Source: an uncultured Candidatus Saccharibacteria bacterium (lineage in GTDB: Bacteria > Patescibacteriota > Minisyncoccia > Phycocordibacterales > UBA918). Taken from it: a stretch of DNA of 44,585 bases. The stretch lies in NCBI GenBank assembly GCA_964425655.1, contig CAYRMU010000002.1, positions 1 through 44,585 on the forward strand, written 5' to 3'. The stretch's first letter is position 1. Each line of letters begins with the position of its first letter. The notes below the pieces were generated by a model that saw only the letters and a program-made list of their open reading frames with translations, was not told the origin of the DNA and did not search any database. Below are positions 8,852 to 16,947 of this stretch, in pieces. Position numbers and translations under genes: made by a program.

Positions 8852-9520
8852 CTAGTAACAGCCGACCTGGGTAATAGTAGCTGTACAGGTAGCGCTGCCC
8901 CCAAAATCGCATCCTCGTGCAGTATCTCGTCCTGGCACGTACGTACAGGTGGCTGGATTTAGATTTGTAAACGCATGCCCAGCGGCGGTACAGCGCGTAC
9001 CGCATGCATTGCCACACGTCTGGCTCGCGGTGGTTGTCCATTGCTGGTACTTAGTCCAACCTGAAGGACAGCTCACACCATTAAAGCGGCAGACGGAAAC
9101 TGATCCTGTATTAAAGATAGTTCCCCCGGCAGCGGTACACTGCGCTTGTGTGTGCACACCATAGACAATATCGGTACTCGGTGAAGCAGCCCCACTGAAG
9201 GTATCGATAATTGATTTAGCAGTAAAACAATTTTGACCATTCTCATCGCAGTATGCACTCGCGGCAATATTGCCGGTAAGTGAAATTTTTGTGTCGACAG
9301 TTGGTACGTCTGCGCGATTTACCATAATTGCATCCCCCGCTATCAGCTCACTAACGCCAAGAAGCCCAGGCTTCGTTTGTGTGGTGCCACTCGTATTAAC
9401 CGGCGCAGCCACGTTGCTACTTGGCGGGACTGCGGCTGGTGCTACCCAGGCAGAGAGGTAATCTGCTCCGATGAGAAACGTGAGGACGAGGAGCAGGGCT
9501 AGCGGGGTTTTGTAGTTCAT
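8852..9520 (-). CDS. Secreted Cys-rich modular protein, paralog 3 (function unknown)
   Basis: I set the start at the ATG at 9520 (MNYKTPLALLLVLTFLIGADYLSA|W). The GTG extension in the track would run to the edge of the hairpin at 9568-9602. It carries both the N-module and the 96-aa 10-Cys C-module (ending TQVGCY) shared with paralog 1. Confidence 0.85.
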   Translation of the reverse strand: MNYKTPLALLLVLTFLIGADYLSAWVAPAAVPPSSNVAAPVNTSGTTQTKPGLLGVSELIAGDAIMVNRADVPTVDTKISLTGNIAASAYCDENGQNCFTAKSIIDTFSGAASPSTDIVYGVHTQAQCTAAGGTIFNTGSVSVCRFNGVSCPSGWTKYQQWTTTASQTCGNACGTRCTAAGHAFTNLNPATCTYVPGRDTARGCDFGGSATCTATITQVGCY

Positions 9521-9526
9521 ACGTAA

Positions 9527-9532
9527 AGTATA
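9527..9532 (-). promoter_or_regulatory. -10 box (TATACT) 6 nt upstream of the ATG of paralog 3; leaderless configuration
   Basis: The minus strand reads cgtcTATACTttacgtATG. Confidence 0.4.
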
Positions 9533-9567
9533 GACGGTACGGCATAATGATAGAGCTTTCTTATACA

Positions 9568-9602
9568 CAGAGACGGTCGAGGCAAAGCCTCGACCGTCTC
9601 TG
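9568..9602 (-). other. 15-bp perfect GC-rich hairpin without a U-tract
   Basis: CAGAGACGGTCGAGG-caaag-CCTCGACCGTCTCTG lies between the stop of 9621-10001 and the promoter of 8852-9520. Confidence 0.6.
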
Positions 9603-9620
9603 CACTTCAGGCAAAACTAT

Positions 9621-10001
9621 CTATGCTGCTTGCGCCTCATCCACTACACTATGCGGAGCATCAAAGAGCGCGATAAACTGATCGAAACTATCGTCTCTCG
9701 CGGCATTAAATTTGGTCGGTACAAATTCAAGTACGACACCGAGGTCCGCTAGGGCCTTGGTAACATCGTGCTGGCAAAGCTCCAGCTTCCTTCGGTCATC
9801 AAGCACCGATTGTCGCCCGCCATACGCTATCTGTTCAGCTAGCGTTTGATAGGCGTTAACCGCAGCAACAACGGTTGGTTCTGCGCCGTAGCGTTCAAAT
9901 ACTCGTTCTCCCGAGAGGGTCTGTAGTGTCTTCTGATTGTAGCTCTCGTTCGCTGCTGCTTTAGGTACTGGGTTCTGACCAAATAAACCAAATATTTTCA
10001 T
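9621..10001 (-). CDS. Hypothetical cytoplasmic protein (126 aa)
   Basis: Only the part from the ATG at 10001 (MKIFGLFGQ...) is taken. The upstream part of the 264-aa track ORF overlaps rplB in another frame. It is preceded by the rplB terminator and an extended -10 box, and followed by a hairpin. Confidence 0.6.
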   Translation of the reverse strand: MKIFGLFGQNPVPKAAANESYNQKTLQTLSGERVFERYGAEPTVVAAVNAYQTLAEQIAYGGRQSVLDDRRKLELCQHDVTKALADLGVVLEFVPTKFNAARDDSFDQFIALFDAPHSVVDEAQAA

Positions 10002-10010
10002 ATGTCTATG

Positions 10011-10019
10011 AGTATACCA
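10011..10019 (-). promoter_or_regulatory. Extended -10 promoter (TGgTATACT) 9 nt upstream of the ATG at 10001
   Basis: The minus strand reads ttTGgTATACTcatagacatATG, immediately after the rplB terminator. Confidence 0.45.
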
Positions 10020-10052
10020 AAACAACCGGCGCCTGCAGGCGCCGGTTGTTTG
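10019..10052 (-). terminator. Terminator after rplB
   Basis: AACAACCGGCGCC-tgca-GGCGCCGGTTGTT is a 13-bp stem followed by TTGG. Confidence 0.7.
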
Positions 10053-10062
10053 ATAACTCTCT

Positions 10063-10914
10063 CTAGCTTCGCTTGCCCACCTTGCGGCGAGAAACAATAG
10101 CTTTGTTTGAGTACTTCTTTGGTGATCGTGTCTTCTGACCCTTGCCAGTTGGACGACCCTGCTTCGTACGGGCTCGGCGGTGGCCACGCGGTGCGCGACC
10201 TTCACCTCCTCCGTGTGGGTGGTCAACGGCGTTTCGGGCTGAACCACGGTTCTTCGGACGAAGTCCCATGTGTCGAGCGCGACCAGCCTTACCAATCGAT
10301 ACCAAACGGTTTTCTTCGTTTGAAACCTCACCGATGGTTGCCCAAGCAGTTGAGGTAACCTTGCGAACTTCCGTTGATGGCATCTTGAGTGAGGTAGTAC
10401 CGCCGTCTTGCGCAACTACTTCAGCGTAGTTACCAGCAGAACGAGCGAGACGTGCACCTGCTCCCGGCTTCAACTCCACGTTGAACACAAAGGTACCAAC
10501 AGGAATCTTGTGAAGCGGCAAGCGGTTACCCGACTTTACCTTCGCCTCTTCTGAGACGATAAACTCATCACCAGCCTTGAAAGACTGTGGTGCGAGTACG
10601 TAGCGACGCTCACCATCTTTGTAGAGTACAAGGGCGATGAAGCCAGTGCGGTACGGGTCGTATTCAATCGTTTCAACAATTGCAGGGATATCTTTCTTGT
10701 TGTACTGGAAGTCAATTGCACGGTATGTTCGCTTATTTCCACCACCACGGTAGAGCTGCGTTGTGCGTCCCTGACTATTTCGTCCACCAGTACTTCGTCC
10801 ACCTTTCGTGAGCGACTTCAATGGGTTACTCTGGGTTGAGGTAAGCTTCTTCTTATACTCAATTACCGAACCATCGCGACGTCCAGCAGAGGTAGGCTTG
10901 TATGCTTTAACCAT
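10063..10914 (-). CDS. rplB: 50S ribosomal protein uL2
   Basis: 283-aa ORF. RN..G..T...RGGG.KR.YR.IDF and GSARNAVDHPHGGGEG are uL2 hallmarks. Confidence 0.96.
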   Translation of the reverse strand: MVKAYKPTSAGRRDGSVIEYKKKLTSTQSNPLKSLTKGGRSTGGRNSQGRTTQLYRGGGNKRTYRAIDFQYNKKDIPAIVETIEYDPYRTGFIALVLYKDGERRYVLAPQSFKAGDEFIVSEEAKVKSGNRLPLHKIPVGTFVFNVELKPGAGARLARSAGNYAEVVAQDGGTTSLKMPSTEVRKVTSTAWATIGEVSNEENRLVSIGKAGRARHMGLRPKNRGSARNAVDHPHGGGEGRAPRGHRRARTKQGRPTGKGQKTRSPKKYSNKAIVSRRKVGKRS

Positions 10915-10924
10915 ATACTAGAGA

Positions 10925-11296
10925 TTACACGAGGCTGATGGAGTCGCCCTTTTTCAAGTAGACGTACGCCTTCTTCATCCCCTTTTCTGTTAATACGCGA
11001 TTCTTTGCCTTCGACTTATACTGTCGAGGCGTTTTGTTCACGATGTTTACATTCACCGGCGTCACGTTGTAGAGCGCTTTTACCGCAGCCATCACATCAC
11101 GCTTGGTGGCTGTCCGACGAACTTCGAATGTGTATACGTTCTGTTCTCCGAGACGCACCGCCTTTTCAGTGATACGTGGCTTAACGATAACACTTGAGAG
11201 GTTTGCGTCAGTAGCACGAGCTGTTACAGCTGGTGCACTCACGGTCTTCTCAACTGCGCTCTCTTCGATTTTTTTACTTCGACTGAAGAGTGCCAT
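10925..11296 (-). CDS. rplW: 50S ribosomal protein uL23 (N-terminally extended)
   Basis: 123-aa ORF. The core IVKPRITEKA......NVYTFEV...A.K.....AV...Y.V.P..VN matches uL23. An extra leader of about 30 aa is present. Confidence 0.9.
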   Translation of the reverse strand: MALFSRSKKIEESAVEKTVSAPAVTARATDANLSSVIVKPRITEKAVRLGEQNVYTFEVRRTATKRDVMAAVKALYNVTPVNVNIVNKTPRQYKSKAKNRVLTEKGMKKAYVYLKKGDSISLV

Positions 11297-11326
11297 ACTT
11301 AAATAATTACTGAATCAAATCTGCTA

Positions 11327-12010
11327 CTACGCAGCTTTTGGGGTTACCTTTGCCACGCGGGTCACGAGAATATCAAGTGACTCCTTTGGCTCAGCGACGA
11401 TAACGTACTTGTAGGTGAGGAGATCAACTGGGTTGATATCTTTTGCCTGTGCTACTTCGTAGTTACCGAAGTTGCGGAAGCTCAATTCTGCATTCTCGTT
11501 TCGTCCAGAAAGGACAACGAGGGCTGCATTCTTGCGCTTATTCGCGAGCGCGTCGTTACCGCTACCGACAGCAACAGCCTTAATAATGGCCTTTGCTTCA
11601 GTTGCCTTAGGTGCCGCAAAGTTCAAGTCCTCGACGAAGATCATTTCACCGTCTGCAAACTTCTTTGAGAGGGTGGTTGCGAGTGCCTTCGCACGCACTT
11701 TCTTGTTAATCTTCTTATCGTAGTTCTTGTCGTTGGTAGGTCCGTGTGCAACACCACCACCTGCCCAGATTGGTGACCGGCGTGACCCATGACGAGCCCG
11801 ACCAGTTCCCTTCTGCTTCCATGGCTTCTTACCAGTACCGCTTACTTCACTGCGGTCCTTGGTGTGTGCACCACTGGTGCGAGCGTTACTCTGCATCGAA
11901 ACCACTACTTCGTGAACGAGGTCAGCGTTCCAAGCAATGCCGAAAACTGCTTCTGGAAGCGTGATTGAACTCGCCTCCTTACCATCCTTGGTGAATACTT
12001 TTGTTTCCAT
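11327..12010 (-). CDS. rplD: 50S ribosomal protein uL4
   Basis: 227-aa ORF. TKDRSEVSGTGKKPWKQKGTGRARHGS.RSPIW.GGGVAHGP is the uL4 signature. Confidence 0.95.
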   Translation of the reverse strand: METKVFTKDGKEASSITLPEAVFGIAWNADLVHEVVVSMQSNARTSGAHTKDRSEVSGTGKKPWKQKGTGRARHGSRRSPIWAGGGVAHGPTNDKNYDKKINKKVRAKALATTLSKKFADGEMIFVEDLNFAAPKATEAKAIIKAVAVGSGNDALANKRKNAALVVLSGRNENAELSFRNFGNYEVAQAKDINPVDLLTYKYVIVAEPKESLDILVTRVAKVTPKAA

Positions 12011-12020
12011 ATGAATACAC

Positions 12021-12641
12021 TTAGATGTTACGCACTTCGACTAATGCTCCTTTTCGACCTGGAATTGCTCCCTTGATGAGAAGAACGTTCTCACTTGGAT
12101 TTACCTGGAGAACCTTGAGGTTCTTTACGGTGATACGGTCACTACCCATGCGACCTGCCATGCGCGTACCCTTGAGTACACGTCCAAAGCCTGTAGCACC
12201 AATAGAACCTGGTTCGCGGAGTGAGTGCTTCATACCGTGAGAACCTGGACCGCCACGGAATCCGTGACGCTTCACGCCTCCCTGGAAGCCCTTACCCTTT
12301 GAAACTGCTGATACTGTTACTGCATCTCCAATCGTGAAGACACCAGCGTCAATTGTCTGTCCCTTCTCGAAGCCGTCAACTGATTCGTCGCGGTTCTTAC
12401 GTGGACGGAACTCCTTCACAAATTTGAACGCGCCCCCGAGGTGACCCATTTCAGCCTTTGTGCGGCGATGATCCTTCTGTGCACCGGCAGCTACCTGTAC
12501 CGCAGTGTACCCATCTGCTGCTTCACCCTTCACCATCGTAACGGTGAGCGGAGAAACGCGGAGGATAGTAGCTGGGTGACATGTACCGTCAGCATCGAAG
12601 ACCTGTGTCATGCCTTCTTTCGTTCCCAAAATAAACTTCAT
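12021..12641 (-). CDS. rplC: 50S ribosomal protein uL3
   Basis: 206-aa ORF. GTKEGMTQVF......PATIL and SKGKGFQGGVKRHGF.GGP.SHG are uL3 hallmarks. Confidence 0.95.
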   Translation of the reverse strand: MKFILGTKEGMTQVFDADGTCHPATILRVSPLTVTMVKGEAADGYTAVQVAAGAQKDHRRTKAEMGHLGGAFKFVKEFRPRKNRDESVDGFEKGQTIDAGVFTIGDAVTVSAVSKGKGFQGGVKRHGFRGGPGSHGMKHSLREPGSIGATGFGRVLKGTRMAGRMGSDRITVKNLKVLQVNPSENVLLIKGAIPGRKGALVEVRNI

Positions 12642-12727
12642 TGCGTTATTTTTGAACTAGTCTTATAAAGTCGCTTTAAAACTAGACCCAATGCCCGAAA
12701 ATAAGACCAAAGTCTTATAGCGGGTAA

Positions 12728-12787
12728 ACAAAACCGCGATTTTTATGTCGCGAGCACAAGCTCGTGGTATAAAAACCGCGGTTTTGT
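12728..12787 (-). promoter_or_regulatory. Long hairpin in the rplC 5' leader (candidate autoregulatory or attenuator structure)
   Basis: ACAAAACCGCG+TTTTTAT pairs with ATAAAAA+CGCGGTTTTGT, giving 19 stacked positions. The single A/C mismatch on the plus strand becomes a G-U pair in the minus-strand RNA. The apical part is CGAGC-acaa-GCTCG. Confidence 0.5.
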
Positions 12788-12855
12788 GCCCATTGGTTCT
12801 CAAGGTGGCAAGCCACCCATCACCGAACATAGGTCTTCCTTAAAAGCTGGGCGTT

Positions 12856-12883
12856 AGTATACGGTTATTTTGCAATAACGCAA
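12856..12883 (-). promoter_or_regulatory. Candidate promoter for the rplC-rplD-rplW-rplB block
   Basis: The minus strand reads TTGCGT - 16 nt - TATACT, right after the terminator at 12895-12922. It implies a leader of about 210 nt. Confidence 0.5.
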
Positions 12884-12894
12884 GCCCTGCCTAC

Positions 12895-12922
12895 AAAAAT
12901 ACCCGTCAGTGACGGGTATTTT
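12895..12922 (-). terminator. Terminator after 12957-13292
   Basis: The minus strand reads ATACCCGTC-act-GACGGGTAT followed by TTTTTG. Confidence 0.75.
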
Positions 12923-12956
12923 AGGTGCCGGTCTATTCGCGTACTGCACGTAGGAG

Positions 12957-13292
12957 TTAATTGTTTTGTAGGCTCTCGAGAACTTGCATACGAGCTGCTG
13001 TATCAGCCTCAACTGTATCAGTGGCAGGCGCGAGCTTTTCGAGCACATCTTTTCGTTCATCTGCAGTGATATCGCTTGCTGCTGTGTCACTGAGTGCCTT
13101 AAGTGTCTCGATACGGGCTTCGTCCGACACCGTTGCCGCAGCACCAGTCTCTTCTGTCTCTTGCACAGTTTGTTCTATCACCTGCGGCGCAGTTTGAAAC
13201 CGCTGCCAGAGAACCTGGGCGTAGATAACAACCACAATAGACAAAACAACAATAGCTACCGTTTCTAAAATCACAATAATGCGCTCGCTCAT
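12957..13292 (-). CDS. Small single-pass membrane protein with an acidic helical tail
   Basis: 111-aa ORF with an ATG 25 nt after the stop of 13318-14412. It has an N-terminal TM segment (IIVILETVAIVVLSIVVVIY) and an acidic, repetitive tail. A terminator lies at 12895-12922. Confidence 0.6.
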   Translation of the reverse strand: MSERIIVILETVAIVVLSIVVVIYAQVLWQRFQTAPQVIEQTVQETEETGAAATVSDEARIETLKALSDTAASDITADERKDVLEKLAPATDTVEADTAARMQVLESLQNN

Positions 13293-13317
13293 ACTCGTGG
13301 TACTTATAGATAATTAA

Positions 13318-14412
13318 TTAGCTCTCGTAGCTGTCAGGAAGAAGACGGACAGTAGCAGTATCAACCACAACTCCGTCGCACGTGAGCGTAAAGGTGGTTT
13401 GATTGAGGACAATATCCACCGATTGAGAGCCGGCAAGCGACGGTACGGAGAGTCCATTCGGCCCAGTTAGCGTACACGTGCTGGCGGCTGAATTCCAACT
13501 CACGGTCACCGAACTACCGCGCCGAGCAACACTCGTTGACACGTTCACGTCACCGGTGACAGCAGTTGCGTTACAGAGTCCCGTCCCGACATTACACCCA
13601 TTTACACAGGTCGTACTCACCGTCGCGGTTGGTTCACACCACATATTGGTACCAGTAACTTCTGAGACATTGCCGACACACTGAGCGGTACCGGCTCCCG
13701 TGCATGGACGATCAAAACCAGCCACCGCAAAACTCACCGCGCCAAGCACATCACTGCCCCAGGCAGTTGATTCATCTGGATTGACCTGGTAGAACGTTCC
13801 GTTATCATTTAAACGAACACCATACGTTGAGCACGTTGCTGCGTCATGATTGGCGCAGTTAAGGGAAATCCAGCCATCCCAGCCACCAGTCACGGTCGAA
13901 TCAGCTAAAGCTCCACTGCACGCAGCTGGGTCAGCAAACACCGAACAGGCTCGTGCCCACCCCATCAGTTCGTAGCCACTAGCGTCATTGCCGACCACAC
14001 GCGCATCGCAGCTTCCCGCTGGACAACCGGTAAGGCCACCAAAGCGTACCCAACCCAGACCCGTCTGATTGGTTGGAGCGGTACCTCCTACACTTGGTGT
14101 GTTTGAGCCCCAGGCATACCCGGTCACTGTCTTGTTGGCATTGTTATTAATCACTACTTTGTAGTTATTTGTGCACCCACCAGCCCCAGCATTGGCACAG
14201 TTAAGGGAAATCCACCCCATACCCTGCGAGCCACCTGACCCATCAGGCTGTACCCCCGCCCATAAGTATCCCGTAAGTTCGGCTGGAGTAGTCCAGGTCG
14301 CCTGCGCGTACACAGACTCAAAGGTCTTAAATTGCAACGCCATCCAGGTGCCCACAAGAACAATTGCAACAATTGCTCCAGCAATAGCACTGGTACGGAT
14401 AAAAGTATTCAT
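13318..14412 (-). CDS. Secreted Cys-rich repeat protein (GW-I/V-x-L/F repeats plus a C-terminal Ig-like domain)
   Basis: 364-aa ORF with an N-terminal hydrophobic anchor or signal. The motif recurs as GMGWISLNCAN / GLGWVRFGG / GWDGWISLNCAN, alternating with (Y/T)AWGS(N/D). The C-terminal ~90 aa look like an Ig-fold (VSWNSAASTCTLTG). Confidence 0.8.
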   Translation of the reverse strand: MNTFIRTSAIAGAIVAIVLVGTWMALQFKTFESVYAQATWTTPAELTGYLWAGVQPDGSGGSQGMGWISLNCANAGAGGCTNNYKVVINNNANKTVTGYAWGSNTPSVGGTAPTNQTGLGWVRFGGLTGCPAGSCDARVVGNDASGYELMGWARACSVFADPAACSGALADSTVTGGWDGWISLNCANHDAATCSTYGVRLNDNGTFYQVNPDESTAWGSDVLGAVSFAVAGFDRPCTGAGTAQCVGNVSEVTGTNMWCEPTATVSTTCVNGCNVGTGLCNATAVTGDVNVSTSVARRGSSVTVSWNSAASTCTLTGPNGLSVPSLAGSQSVDIVLNQTTFTLTCDGVVVDTATVRLLPDSYES

Positions 14413-14462
14413 AGGACTATTGTATAGTACCGTACCAGAAGGGCGTGGTTTGGTTATCCACC

Positions 14463-14499
14463 AAAAAAACGGCCGGGCGAATGCCCGGCCGTTTTTTTT
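14463..14499. terminator. Terminator after fusA (bidirectional shape)
   Basis: A7 - ACGGCCGGGC-gaat-GCCCGGCCGT - T8. Confidence 0.85.
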
Positions 14500-14504
14500 G
14501 AGTG

Positions 14505-16685
14505 CTATTCGTCGTCGTTATCTGGACGAACGCCTCTCTCTTTCTTAATATCTTCTGCAACATTCGGAGGAACCACTTCGTAGTGATCAAACTCCATCGT
14601 CATTGAGGCACGTCCCTGAGTCATCGAGCGGAGAGTGTTCGTGTACCCGAAGAGCTCTGAAAGCGGTACCTTAGCGTGGATGATAGTCTTACCACCCATT
14701 TCTGAGGTTCCTTCTACCTGACCACGGCGTGACGAGAGGTTACCATTGATGTCACCCATGTACTCTCCTGGGGTACGAACTTCTACCTTCATCACTGGTT
14801 CGAGAATAACCGCGTTGGCACGCTTTGCTGCATCTTTAAATGCGTTAATCGCTGCAAGCTTGAAAGCAATTTCAGATGAGTCTACGTCGTGGTATGAGCC
14901 GTCAAAGAGTTCAACTGATACGTCTTCCATCTTGTACCCGGCTACGAAGCCGCGCGTCATTGCTTCCTTCGCACCCTTCATCACGGCTGGGATGTACTCA
15001 CCTGGAATCACACCTCCCTTGATACTGTCGATAAATTCGAAGTGATCATCTTCACGGGTAATGTTCTTTGGCAATGCCTTTCCTTCAGCGAGCTCAAGCG
15101 GCTGAATAGGTCGGATGCGAATCTTCACGTGACCGTACTGACCACGACCACCAGACTGCTTGATGTACTTGTACTCAGCTTCTGCTTCGCGCTGAATGGT
15201 CTCACGGTAGGCTACCTGTGGCTTACCAATGTTTGCCTCAACCCCGAATTCACGCTTCATACGGTCAACAATGATTTCCAAGTGGAGCTCACCCATACCT
15301 GAAATGATGGTTTCCATCGTTTCTTGGTCACTCGCCACCTTAAAGGTTGGGTCTTCGTCTGAGAGACGCTTGAGGGCTACACCCATCTTCTCCTGGTCAT
15401 TCTTTGTCTTTGGCTCCACACGTACTGCTACTACTGGTTCTGGGAAGGTAATCTTTTCAAGAATGATTTGATCCTTTTCATCACAGAGGGTATGTGACGT
15501 CTTCACTTCCTTGAGTCCTACCATTGCAGCAATCTCGCCGGCAAATACTTCTTCAACTTCAGTTCGCTTGTCAGCGAGGAGACGCACGATACGTCCGACT
15601 CGCTCCTTATCACCTGTACTAGAGTTCACGATGTAACTACCAGCCTTCACGCTACCTGAGTACACGCGGAAGAAGGCGAGCTGCCCAACGAACTTGTCGT
15701 CTTGGAGCTTAAAGGCGAGCGCAGCAAACGGCTCACTATCGAGTGGGCGACGTTCAATCTCGCTATCATCCTTAGGGTTAATACCCTTAACTGGTGGAAG
15801 GTCAGCTGGTGACGGGAGGTAGTCAACTACAGCGTCGAGTACAAGCTGCACACCTACGTTGCGGAGTGCAGAACCAGTCAAAATTGGGAAGAGCTCGCAG
15901 GCGATAACTGCCTTACGCAAGGTGGTCTTGAGTGCTTCGTTTGAAGGTTCAGTTCCTTCAAGGTAGGCCTCCATCAAAGCGTCATCATGCGCAACCACAC
16001 GCTCGATAAGCTCTGCGCGCCACTGCTTGGCTTCTTCAAGGAGGTTCTCAGGAATTTCCTCTTCCTTTACCTCAATCCCCATTTCACCAGAAAAGCGGTA
16101 CGCCTTCATGGTGATAAGGTCTACCACACCAGCCAAGTCGTTCTCACGGCCAATTGGAATCTGGATACGCACTGCCTTCTTTGAAAGGCGCTCCTCGATA
16201 GACTTGATAGAAGCATCAAAGTCAGCTCCAAGCTTGTCCATCTTGTTTACGAAACAGAGGCGAGGCACGTTAGCTTCGTCGGCGTAGCCCCAGTTTGTTT
16301 CAGTCTGTGGCTCAACACCAGCGGCTCCGTCAAACACCACCACAGCTCCGTCGAGTACACGCATAGAACGCTTTACCTCAGCGGTAAAGTCGATGTGTCC
16401 TGGAGTGTCAATAACGTTGAAGGTGTGCTGCTTATCGGTATTCTTTCGGTCAGTCTCCATTGCCTTCGCCCAGTTACACGAAATCGCAGCTGCTGTAATA
16501 GTAATGCCGCGTTCGCGCTCCTGCTCCATCCAGTCAGTAACGGTTGCCCCGTCGTGTACTTCACCAATCTTGTGACTTACACCGGTGTAAAAGAGAATAC
16601 GTTCAGACGTGGTTGTCTTTCCCGCATCCACGTGCGCCACGATACCGAAGTTTCGTGTGCGCTCAATTGGAAATGCTCGTGCCAT
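14505..16685 (-). CDS. fusA: Elongation factor G
   Basis: 726-aa [31 protein letters not shown] and NKMDK GTPase motifs, followed by EF-G domains II-V. Confidence 0.96.
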   Translation of the reverse strand: MARAFPIERTRNFGIVAHVDAGKTTTSERILFYTGVSHKIGEVHDGATVTDWMEQERERGITITAAAISCNWAKAMETDRKNTDKQHTFNVIDTPGHIDFTAEVKRSMRVLDGAVVVFDGAAGVEPQTETNWGYADEANVPRLCFVNKMDKLGADFDASIKSIEERLSKKAVRIQIPIGRENDLAGVVDLITMKAYRFSGEMGIEVKEEEIPENLLEEAKQWRAELIERVVAHDDALMEAYLEGTEPSNEALKTTLRKAVIACELFPILTGSALRNVGVQLVLDAVVDYLPSPADLPPVKGINPKDDSEIERRPLDSEPFAALAFKLQDDKFVGQLAFFRVYSGSVKAGSYIVNSSTGDKERVGRIVRLLADKRTEVEEVFAGEIAAMVGLKEVKTSHTLCDEKDQIILEKITFPEPVVAVRVEPKTKNDQEKMGVALKRLSDEDPTFKVASDQETMETIISGMGELHLEIIVDRMKREFGVEANIGKPQVAYRETIQREAEAEYKYIKQSGGRGQYGHVKIRIRPIQPLELAEGKALPKNITREDDHFEFIDSIKGGVIPGEYIPAVMKGAKEAMTRGFVAGYKMEDVSVELFDGSYHDVDSSEIAFKLAAINAFKDAAKRANAVILEPVMKVEVRTPGEYMGDINGNLSSRRGQVEGTSEMGGKTIIHAKVPLSELFGYTNTLRSMTQGRASMTMEFDHYEVVPPNVAEDIKKERGVRPDNDDE

Positions 16686-16799
16686 AAATGTTCTTCGTAC
16701 TTATATATGTATAGTTTTAATAATCCCTCCCTAGTGCGCCGGTCACTGCTATAAGCAACAAAACACAATAGAAAAATTGCCCGAGAGCAAAGTGGCAGT

Positions 16800-16828
16800 A
16801 CTATACGGTATTTACGGCAAATCGGCAA
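16800..16828 (-). promoter_or_regulatory. Candidate promoter for fusA
   Basis: The minus strand reads TTGCCG - 17 nt - TATAGT, about 115 nt upstream of the fusA ATG. Confidence 0.5.
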
Positions 16829-16947
16829 CGGTACCGATACCATGGGAGAATTGAGTATCGTTAGGCAATGCATCCCCTTTTCAACATGACCGTAAGGTAG
16901 TACCCTGCAGTAAGACACTGATCCCTTCTTTTGAAAGGAGTTCTCCG

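Noticed and set aside
4062-9520. Idea that the variable Cys-rich C-termini of paralogs 1 and 3 are targets of a diversity-generating retroelement
   Set aside because: No reverse transcriptase ORF and no template-repeat copy of the C-terminal coding sequence are visible anywhere in the window. The two C-modules differ at all base types, not just at adenines.
10002-10415. Upstream 138 codons of the 264-aa track ORF 9621-10415
   Set aside because: This part overlaps rplB, a certain gene, in another frame, and it also crosses the rplB terminator. Only the portion from the ATG at 10001 is plausible.
14454-14462. DnaA-box-like TTATCCACC next to the fusA terminator
   Set aside because: It is a single 8/9 match with no cluster of boxes, no adjacent AT-rich unwinding element and no dnaA or dnaN nearby. 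It is not an origin.
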